From contig DASVIK010000095.1 in NCBI GenBank assembly GCA_036382135.1, positions 1 through 32,191 of the forward strand: DNA of 32,191 nucleotides, written 5' to 3'. Within the stretch, counting starts at the first letter, position 1; each line of letters starts with the position of its first letter. A program made the translations under genes and the position numbers. Positions 25,454-32,054 of this stretch are shown one piece after another. The stretch is from Candidatus Limnocylindrales bacterium (GTDB lineage Bacteria; Chloroflexota; Limnocylindria; Limnocylindrales; CSP1-4). The notes below the pieces were generated by a model. It did not search any database. It had not been told where the DNA came from and was given only the letters and a program-made list of their open reading frames with translations.

Positions 25454-26716
25454 ATGGCCTTCCTGCGCCGGATCTGGCAGCGCGACGGTCGATCGGCGCT
25501 GGCGGCATGCACGGCGCTCGACATCGGGACCGAGTTCGCCAAGGCGCTCGTCTTCGAGATCGACGACGACGGCCACGGCACGATCCGCGGTGTCGGTCGC
25601 AAGCGCCAGGGCTTGTCGCACATGCAGTCGGGCACCGTGGCCGACATCGCCGCGGTGGTCGACAATTGCTCGGTGGCGCTCCAGGAAGCCGAGGAGATGG
25701 CCGGGTTCCGGCCGACCCAGGTGGTGATCGGCATCGCGGGCGAGCTCGTCAAGGGCTTCACGACGACCCACAACCAGGAACGCAAGAAGCCCGATACCGA
25801 GATCACCGAGGCCGAGCTCCAGCGGCTCATCGACGGCGTCCAGCGGGAGGCGCTGCGCGAGGCCGAGCGGGCCATCACCTGGGAGACGGGGCTGCCGCAG
25901 GTCGACGTCCGGCTCGTCCACGCCGCCATCACGGCGGCGAGCATCGATGGGTACGCGCTGACGAACCCGGTCGGCTTCAAGGGCCGCCACGTGACGATCA
26001 GCATCTTCAACGCGTTCGCGCCACTCGTGCATCTGGGGGCGCTCCACAGCGTCGCGAGCCAGCTCGACCTGGAGCTGCTCGAGGTGGTCGCCGAGCCGTA
26101 CGCGGTCGCGCGCGTCCTGGGCGTCGACCAGGTCCGTCAGGCCGGGGCGATCTTCATCGACGTCGGCGGCGGCACGACCGACGTCGCCCTCGTCCGCCAG
26201 GGCGGGATCGAGGGCACCCGGATGTTCGCGCTCGGCGGGCGAGCGTTCACGAAATCGCTGGCCGATCGCCTCGACCTGCCGTTCCCGCGAGCGGAGGCCC
26301 TCAAGGTCGATTACGCCCGCGGCATCGAGGTGCCCGACCGGGCCGAGGTCGCGGCCGTCATCGCCGACGATGTCACGGTCTGGGCGGCCGGCGTGGAGCT
26401 CGTGATCGAGGAGCTCGCGGCCGGGGAGCCGCTCCCGTCGCGCATCCACCTCTGCGGCGGCGGCTCGCGCCTGCCGGAGATCCGCGCGGCACTCGCCGCC
26501 GAGCGGTTCTGGAAGCGCCTGCCGTTCAGCCGGCCGACCGAGGTCACGATCATGGCGCCGGACCAGGTCTCGGCGATCACCGATGCCACCAACCTGCTCG
26601 TCGACCAGCAGGACGTGACGCCGCTCGGCCTGGCCTACCAGGCCATCGAGCACCAGGCCGAGGAGGACCCGCTCGACGCGGCCCTCCGGCGCGTCCTCCG
26701 GGCGATGAAGGTCTAG
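25454..26716 (+). CDS. FtsA/PilM-branch actin-fold (ASKHA) ATPase, non-dcw location (420 aa)
   Basis: The ATG follows directly after the alaS TAG. Phosphate-1 ALDIGTEF, phosphate-2 IFIDVGGGTTDVALV, adenosine motif IHLCGGGSRLPEI. FtsA-like middle region SGTVADIAAVVDNCSVALQEAEEMAGFRPTQVVIGIAG ... ASIDGYALTNPVGFKGRHVTISIFNAF ... LELLEVVAEPYAVARVL. C-terminal amphipathic-looking LDAALRRVLRAMKV. Confidence 0.85.
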   Translation: MAFLRRIWQRDGRSALAACTALDIGTEFAKALVFEIDDDGHGTIRGVGRKRQGLSHMQSGTVADIAAVVDNCSVALQEAEEMAGFRPTQVVIGIAGELVKGFTTTHNQERKKPDTEITEAELQRLIDGVQREALREAERAITWETGLPQVDVRLVHAAITAASIDGYALTNPVGFKGRHVTISIFNAFAPLVHLGALHSVASQLDLELLEVVAEPYAVARVLGVDQVRQAGAIFIDVGGGTTDVALVRQGGIEGTRMFALGGRAFTKSLADRLDLPFPRAEALKVDYARGIEVPDRAEVAAVIADDVTVWAAGVELVIEELAAGEPLPSRIHLCGGGSRLPEIRAALAAERFWKRLPFSRPTEVTIMAPDQVSAITDATNLLVDQQDVTPLGLAYQAIEHQAEEDPLDAALRRVLRAMKV

Positions 26717-26718
26717 CC

Positions 26719-28575
26719 GTGGCCGGCCCGATCAGCTTCATCTTCCTGGACGTCGACGACGAGATCACGTCAGCCGCGAATCGGATCCGGCACGTGACGG
26801 AGATGCGGGTCGCGCTCGTCCTGCCGGCCGGCTCGCGCCTGGCCACGTCCCGGATCAACTTCCGGCTCCTCGCCCGGGAGGCGCAGGCCCACGCCCACGA
26901 CTTGTACATCGTCGCGCCCGAGGCGGCGGCCCGCGCCCTGGCGGCGTCGGCGGGAATGGCCGTCTATGCGACGGTGCGGGAGCTCGAAGACGCGATGGAG
27001 GGCGCCGGGGCGGCCGAGCCGGGAGGGACCGCGCTTGCCTCCCCGGGCGTCGTCGCGGTGCTCCCGGACCCGGGACCCGTACCGCGGCGGCGCGACATGG
27101 CCCGCCCCGCCGGCGAGCGGTCCGTGCCGCCATACGAAGCTCCGGCCGGTTCCGGAGCGGGGGATCGGGGCGGCTCCGACGAGCGCCGCGGCAGCCTCGC
27201 CGGGCGCAGCGCGGCCGCGGACCTGCCCGTCGTCCCCGGTGTCCGAGGCCGCGCGGGCCACCGGCGAGCCTGGCTCGGCGTCCTTGCGGTGATCGTCGTC
27301 GTCGCATTCATCGGCGGCTTCGCGGGCGCTCAGTACCTGCCGGCGGCGACGATCGTCGTCACGCCCCGGGTCGAGACGATCGGCCCGCAGACGTTCAGCG
27401 TCACGGCCGATCCGACCGTCGGCGCTCCGGACCTGGCGGCCGGCATCGTCCCGGCGACCCAGCCGACGATCCCACTGGACGCTTCCGGCACCTACCCTGC
27501 GACCGGCACGAAGGTGACCGAGACGAAGGCCACCGGAGTTGTGCGGTACACGAGCTACGACACCGGGGCGAACACCGACATTCCATCGGGCTCCCTGGTA
27601 TCGACGACCGATGGGATCGAGTTCGTGACCCAGCGGGACCTGCATCTCGGCTTCGCGCCTATCGGCGGCTCCGTGTCCGCCGACATCCCCGTGACGGCAC
27701 GGAAGCCCGGCGTGATCGGGAATGTCGCCGCCGGGACGATCACGGTGATCGAGGCCTATCCGAAGCAGGTGCTCGGGATCCTGAAGGTCACGAACAAGGC
27801 GGTCACGACCGGCGGAACCCACGTCGTGATCCTCATCGTGAGCCAGAAGGACCTCGACAAGGCGCTGGCCGACCTCAACAGTCAGCTCGACAACGAGTTC
27901 GACCAGGTCATGACCGAACCGGGCCAGATCCTGCCCGACGTGACGGTCTTCCCGGAGACGAAGGCGCGCACCCCCGCCGTCCTGTCTCCCGACCCCAAGA
28001 CGCTTCTCGGCGATCAGGCCAAGTCCTTCTCACTCGCCGCGTCCGCGACCGGCCAGGTCACCGCGGTCGACGAGGCGGCGGTCTCGGCGCTCGCGACGGA
28101 CCGGCTCCGGGCGTCGGTGGCCGCGGGTCACGACCTCGTGAAGGATTCGCTGGTGGTGACCGTCGGCCCGGGTAAGGCCCAGGGCGCGGACATCGTCTTC
28201 TCGGTGAAGGCGACCGCACAGCAGGTCCGGCGGGTCGTCGCGGCCGATCTCCGCGAGGCGATCCGGGGCCGGCCGCTGGTCGAGGCGCGGACGACGCTCG
28301 AGGCCTACGGCACCACGACGATCGACCTGTGGCCGGGGTTCGTGTCGACGATCCCGAACTACGACTTCCGGATCGATCTCACGGTCCGCGACGAGGTCCC
28401 CGTCGAGAGCGCGGGGCCCGGTCCGGGATCGTCCGGAGCCTCCGCGTCTCCGTCCCCGTCGGCCAGCGCGTCGTCAGGACCCTCGGCCGGCGGGTCGTCG
28501 AAACCGGCCGCGAGCGGATCCGCGAAACCGTCCCCCGCCGGATCGGCCAAGGCGTCCCCGAGCGCTGCGCCATGA
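26719..28575 (+). CDS. bitopic membrane protein (618 aa): cytoplasmic N-domain, linker, TM helix, beta-rich ectodomain (baseplate-J/gp47-like segment), S/A/P-rich tail
   Basis: GTG 26719 lies 2 nt after the previous stop, with GAAGG 7 nt upstream. The single TM helix AWLGVLAVIVVVAFIGGFAGAQYL is at about 27268-27339. The ectodomain segment ATGVVRYTSYDTGANTDIPSGSLVSTTDGIEFVTQRDLHL...IPVTARKPGVIGNVAAGTITVI...VTNKAVTTGG resembles, from memory, non-phage proteins annotated baseplate J/gp47 family. Stop overlaps the ruvX ATG (ATGA). Confidence 0.8.
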   Translation: MAGPISFIFLDVDDEITSAANRIRHVTEMRVALVLPAGSRLATSRINFRLLAREAQAHAHDLYIVAPEAAARALAASAGMAVYATVRELEDAMEGAGAAEPGGTALASPGVVAVLPDPGPVPRRRDMARPAGERSVPPYEAPAGSGAGDRGGSDERRGSLAGRSAAADLPVVPGVRGRAGHRRAWLGVLAVIVVVAFIGGFAGAQYLPAATIVVTPRVETIGPQTFSVTADPTVGAPDLAAGIVPATQPTIPLDASGTYPATGTKVTETKATGVVRYTSYDTGANTDIPSGSLVSTTDGIEFVTQRDLHLGFAPIGGSVSADIPVTARKPGVIGNVAAGTITVIEAYPKQVLGILKVTNKAVTTGGTHVVILIVSQKDLDKALADLNSQLDNEFDQVMTEPGQILPDVTVFPETKARTPAVLSPDPKTLLGDQAKSFSLAASATGQVTAVDEAAVSALATDRLRASVAAGHDLVKDSLVVTVGPGKAQGADIVFSVKATAQQVRRVVAADLREAIRGRPLVEARTTLEAYGTTTIDLWPGFVSTIPNYDFRIDLTVRDEVPVESAGPGPGSSGASASPSPSASASSGPSAGGSSKPAASGSAKPSPAGSAKASPSAAP

Positions 28576-29087
28576 GCCGGCTGCTCGGCATCGATCTTGG
28601 GGAGCGCCGGATCGGCCTGGCGCTCGCCGATCGGGACGGCTCGGCGGCCCGCCCGCTCGCCACCGTCCGACGCGCCCGCCACATCGCCGGGGACGTGGCT
28701 GCCCTGGCCCGCGTCATCGCCGAGCAGGCAGTCGACGAGATCGTCGTTGGCCTGCCCCTCGAGGCCTCGGGAGCGGACGGACCGCAGGCCCGGCTCACCC
28801 GGACGTGGGCGGATGCCGTCGCCGCGACGCTCGACGTCCGGATGGCGTACCGTGACGAGCGCCTGACCAGTCACCTCGCCGAGCAGCGCCTCGGCCCGAT
28901 GCCACGCGGCCGGTCGGGCGGTCCACCGACAGCTCACCAGCGCGATGTGTATCGCGCACGCGTGGACCGTGAGGCGGCCGCGATCATCCTGCAGGACGAG
29001 CTCGACGCCCGGGCGGCCGCCGCGGCCGGCTCGCTGGCAGCCCGCCCCGACCTGCCGGGCCAGCCGTCCGGAGGACATTCAGCGTGA
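28572..29087 (+). CDS. ruvX: Holliday-junction-resolvase-like nuclease RuvX/YqgF (171 aa)
   Basis: N-terminus MSRLLGIDLGERRIGLALADRDGSAARPL and DEIVVGLPLEASG..GPQA are canonical YqgF motifs. ATGA overlap upstream and GTGA overlap downstream. Confidence 0.9.
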   Translation: MSRLLGIDLGERRIGLALADRDGSAARPLATVRRARHIAGDVAALARVIAEQAVDEIVVGLPLEASGADGPQARLTRTWADAVAATLDVRMAYRDERLTSHLAEQRLGPMPRGRSGGPPTAHQRDVYRARVDREAAAIILQDELDARAAAAAGSLAARPDLPGQPSGGHSA

Positions 29088-30442
29088 CGATCCGAAGCGG
29101 CGGCTCGCCGCGTGGCGAGTACGAGGGGCCCGACGTCGCGCAGGCGCATCCCCTCGACGAAGAGGAATGGACCCCCGTCGCGCAGAGCACCCGCCGCGAC
29201 CCCCGCTCGTCGCGCGGCCGGAACCGCGGGGGCGGTGGGGTGTCGGGGCTCATTCGGTTCCTCATCTTCGCGCTGGTCATGGCCTCGGTCGTGATGGTCG
29301 CCCTCCTGACGATCCTGCGCCCCGTCCTCGCCGGGGCGATCGTGGGCTGGGCGTACGACAGCCCGAGCGCGCTCGGGCTTCCGTTCGTGAAGGAGCTCGT
29401 CCGGGAGGACCTGGGTACCCGACTCACGACCGCGCCGGGCACCGACGCCGCGCAGGTGGAGTTCGTCGTCGACCAGGGCGACACGGCGGCCGCGATCGCC
29501 ACCCGTCTGGAGGCCGCGGGGTTCCTCACCGACGCCCGGGCGTTCGTCTTCACGGCGATCGATCGCAACCTCGCCGACAAGCTCGAGACCGGCACCTTCA
29601 TCCTCCGCAAGAACATGACGCCCGACCAGCTCGTCACGGCTCTCCTCCAGGCCGCGGACCTGGCCATCGACCTGCCGTTCCGCGAGGGGCTCCGGCTCGA
29701 ACAGGTGGTCACCAAGCTCGAGACGTTGCCGGTGAAGATGGATCCCAATGCCTTCTACCAGCTCGTCAAGCATCCGACGGCGGCGATCTTCGCGGCCCAC
29801 CCGTGGCTCCAGCTGCCGAAGGGCGCCTCACTCGAAGGGTTCCTCGGACCGGCGGTCTACCACGTCCTGCCGGACATCACGCCCGAGCAGCTCGTGAACA
29901 AGATGCTCGACACGTTCTATCTCCAGGTAGGCCAGGCGCGCATCGACGTCCCCAAGAGCCGGGGGCTGAGCTTCTACCAGGTGATGACGCTCGCGTCGCT
30001 CGTCGAGCGGGAGGCCAAGCTCGACGCCGACCGGCCGCTCATCGCCGGCGTGTTCCAGAACCGGCTCAACCCGAGGCTCTTCCCGACCGGCCTGTTCCAG
30101 TCGGACGTGACGATCTTCTACATCCACGACACGCTCCAGCTGGCCAAGATCCCCGTGGGCCAGTGGACCCAGTACACGTTCTGGGCGCCGGTCAACGGTG
30201 CCCTCACCGGCGTCACGATCCCGGCCGCCCTGAAGGGCTACGACACCTACTCGAACAAGGGCCTCATGCCCGGGCCGATCTGCACGCCGACGCTCGCGTC
30301 GATCGACGCCGCGCTCGCGCCGAACACGAAGGCGGGATTCCTCTTCTTCGTGGCCAAGAACGACGGGTCGAATGGAACGGCGTTCGCGAAGACCCAGGCC
30401 GAGCACGACAGGAACGTCAAGAAGTACGGCGCCAAGAAGTGA
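29084..30442 (+). CDS. mltG: endolytic murein transglycosylase MltG/YceG-like (452 aa)
   Basis: GGAGGA (29070-29075) lies 8 nt upstream of GTG 29084. N-terminal TM helix LIRFLIFALVMASVVMVALL. YceG motifs FREGLRLEQV, MTLASLVEREAK, IAGVFQNRLN, LFQSDVTIFY and YDTYSNKGLMPGPICTP. Confidence 0.9.
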   Translation: MTIRSGGSPRGEYEGPDVAQAHPLDEEEWTPVAQSTRRDPRSSRGRNRGGGGVSGLIRFLIFALVMASVVMVALLTILRPVLAGAIVGWAYDSPSALGLPFVKELVREDLGTRLTTAPGTDAAQVEFVVDQGDTAAAIATRLEAAGFLTDARAFVFTAIDRNLADKLETGTFILRKNMTPDQLVTALLQAADLAIDLPFREGLRLEQVVTKLETLPVKMDPNAFYQLVKHPTAAIFAAHPWLQLPKGASLEGFLGPAVYHVLPDITPEQLVNKMLDTFYLQVGQARIDVPKSRGLSFYQVMTLASLVEREAKLDADRPLIAGVFQNRLNPRLFPTGLFQSDVTIFYIHDTLQLAKIPVGQWTQYTFWAPVNGALTGVTIPAALKGYDTYSNKGLMPGPICTPTLASIDAALAPNTKAGFLFFVAKNDGSNGTAFAKTQAEHDRNVKKYGAKK

Positions 30443-31653
30443 CCGCCACCGCGGTCGAGCCGGCCGACTTCGCGCCGGCGCCGACGGCGGCCGACAGGAC
30501 ACGCTGGGCCGAGGCGGATCGGGCGGCACGGCCGGCCCGACTCGCCCGGTTGCGGGAGCGATTCGCCGACGCGGGAATCGATGCCTACTTCGGCGTCCGG
30601 CCCGAGCACATCCGCTACCTCACGGGCTTCGCCCTGGACGACGGCGAGGAGAAGAACGCCGGCGTCTCCGGGCAGTTCCTCGTCGGTGGCGACGAGGTCG
30701 TCCTCTTCGCCGACAGCCGGTACACGATCCAGGCGGGCCGCCAGGCGCCGGACGTGCGGATCGAAGAGGTGTACGGCGACCTGCCGAGCCGCTGGCCGGA
30801 GCTCGTCGCGTCGCTCGGAGCGCGGCGCGTGGCCGTGGAGGCTGGCGTCGTCAGCAAGGCGACCTGGGACCGGCTCGCAACGGCCGCTCCGGACGTCGAC
30901 CTGGTCCCGATCGAGGGCTGGGTCGAAGCGGACCGGGCGATCAAGGAGCCGAGCGAGCTCGAGCGCATCGGCGCCGCGTGTGCCGTCGCCGACCGGGCGC
31001 TGGCCGGCCTGCTGCCGGCCATCCGGGTCGGACGCACGGAGCGGGAGATCGCGCTGGAACTCGAGTTCGCGATGCGGACCGGCGGCGCGGACGCCCTCGC
31101 CTTCGATGTCGCCTGCCTGTCCGGTCCGGAGGCGGCGCTGCCCCACGGCGGACCCGGTGATCGCCCGATCCGCGACCGTGCCGTCCTTCTGTTCGACTTC
31201 GGGGCGCAGGTCGCGGGCTATCGGAGCGACATGACTCGGACGCTCTTCGTCGGCGACCCGCAGGCCCGCGACCTGGCGGTGTATGAGCTCGTGGTCGCGG
31301 CCCAGGCGGCGTCGATCGCCGGGATCGAGGCCTCGGTCCGCGACGGGCGACCGATCTCCGGCCGGGCCGCCGATGCGCTGGCCCGCGACGTCATCGACGC
31401 GGCCGGTCACGGCGCCCACTTCGGCCACGGGACCGGCCACGGGATCGGCCTCGCGACCCACGAGCTGCCGTCGCTCGGCAAGCGGGCGGCGGATGCGCCG
31501 CTGCCGTCGCCCACGGTCTTCTCGGTGGAGCCCGGCGTCTACCTCGCCGACGAGACCGGGGTCCGGATCGAGGACCTCATCGCCTATGACGCGGCCGCGC
31601 GACGGGTCGAGCGCCTGACCCGATTCCCGCGCGAGGTGCTCGTCGTCGGCTGA
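30439..31653 (+). CDS. M24-family Xaa-Pro aminopeptidase/dipeptidase (404 aa, start moderately certain)
   Basis: Motifs LLFDFGAQVAGYRSDMTRT, HGTGHGIGLATHELP, VFSVEPGVYL and GVRIEDLI (pita-bread metal ligands). GTGA overlap with mltG. A Xaa-Pro peptidase directly upstream of efp is a common arrangement. Confidence 0.9.
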   Translation: MTATAVEPADFAPAPTAADRTRWAEADRAARPARLARLRERFADAGIDAYFGVRPEHIRYLTGFALDDGEEKNAGVSGQFLVGGDEVVLFADSRYTIQAGRQAPDVRIEEVYGDLPSRWPELVASLGARRVAVEAGVVSKATWDRLATAAPDVDLVPIEGWVEADRAIKEPSELERIGAACAVADRALAGLLPAIRVGRTEREIALELEFAMRTGGADALAFDVACLSGPEAALPHGGPGDRPIRDRAVLLFDFGAQVAGYRSDMTRTLFVGDPQARDLAVYELVVAAQAASIAGIEASVRDGRPISGRAADALARDVIDAAGHGAHFGHGTGHGIGLATHELPSLGKRAADAPLPSPTVFSVEPGVYLADETGVRIEDLIAYDAAARRVERLTRFPREVLVVG

Positions 31654-31661
31654 GGGCGCGA

Positions 31662-31676
31662 GGCCGCGGGGCGGCC
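31662..31676 (+). terminator. weak GC hairpin after the pepP-like stop (GGCCGC-GGG-GCGGCC), no U-tract
   Basis: A 6-bp perfect stem with a 3-nt loop begins 9 nt after stop 31651-31653. No T-run follows, so this is only a candidate. Confidence 0.25.
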
Positions 31677-31677
31677 C

Positions 31678-31895
31678 GATCCGCCTCCGTCTTCACCGGA
31701 TGAAGCCAACGGAACGAGCGAGCGCTCACCTGGTCGCCGGATCGTCGATCTTCGTCATGGGCTGAAGGATCCTCGTCCCATCCGGCGTCAGCTCTTCGCG
31801 AAGGAGCGTTTCCCTTCAATGGATGACGGGATCGTGCCGCCTCCCGGCGTCGAGGTCGGCTTGGCTCCACCGGGTGAAGGGTCCGGAGGCGGATC
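31678..31895. repeat. 218-bp element bounded by imperfect ~30-nt inverted repeats (MITE-like or structured RNA)
   Basis: Left arm GATCCGCCTCCGTCTTCACCGGATGAAGCC (31678-31707). The reverse complement of the right arm (31863-31895) is GATCCGCCTCCGGACCCTTCACCCGGTGGAGCC. The outer 12 nt are identical and the rest is about 80% matched with small indels. The interior is visibly less GC-rich. Confidence 0.6.
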
Positions 31896-31943
31896 GTCGC
31901 GCGCTGAAGAGATCCCACGATAGCGGCGCGGCCACCGCGCGGG

Positions 31944-31967
31944 GCCGAGCCGCGACATCGGCTCGGC
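31944..31967 (+). promoter_or_regulatory. 8-bp stem hairpin GCCGAGCC-(8 nt)-GGCTCGGC abutting a TACAAT box
   Basis: A perfect inverted repeat, read directly. It ends 1 nt before TACAAT 31968-31973. It could be an operator over the -35 region or a terminator/attenuator stem. Confidence 0.3.
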
Positions 31968-31973
31968 TACAAT
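31968..31973 (+). promoter_or_regulatory. putative -10 box TACAAT for efp (leadered transcript, SD AGGAG at 32039-32043)
   Basis: A consensus-like hexamer sits about 80 nt upstream of the efp ATG. AGGAG lies 11 nt upstream of ATG 32055. Confidence 0.35.
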
Positions 31974-32054
31974 CGCCCGACCGACCCGGATCCGGCCACC
32001 CCGCCGGCGTGCGCGCCGTTGGACGCCCGTCTCGCCTCAGGAGCCCACCAAGCC

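Noticed and set aside
22385-26653. A giant 1422-aa ORF on the minus strand, antisense to alaS and the FtsA-like gene. Similar long antisense ORFs occur at 240-2210, 7058-8932, 11007-12914, 13767-15392, 15549-17471, 19662-20840 and 20701-21912.
   Set aside because: The translations are monotonous R/D/G/P/E/A-rich with no recognisable motifs. Each lies exactly opposite a plus-strand gene with unambiguous family signatures. Stop-free antisense frames are the expected artefact of very GC-rich coding DNA.
31700-31765. A 21-codon ORF (MKPTERASAHLVAGSSIFVMG) starting inside the left inverted-repeat arm.
   Set aside because: It has no SD or -10 box upstream. The start codon is buried in the local CTTCA/TGAAG hairpin. 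It has no distinctive composition.
31577-31918. A 113-aa minus-strand ORF spanning the pepP-efp spacer.
   Set aside because: It is R/P/A-rich shadow-type sequence. It overlaps the 3-prime end of the pepP-like gene in antisense. It has no start context or motifs.
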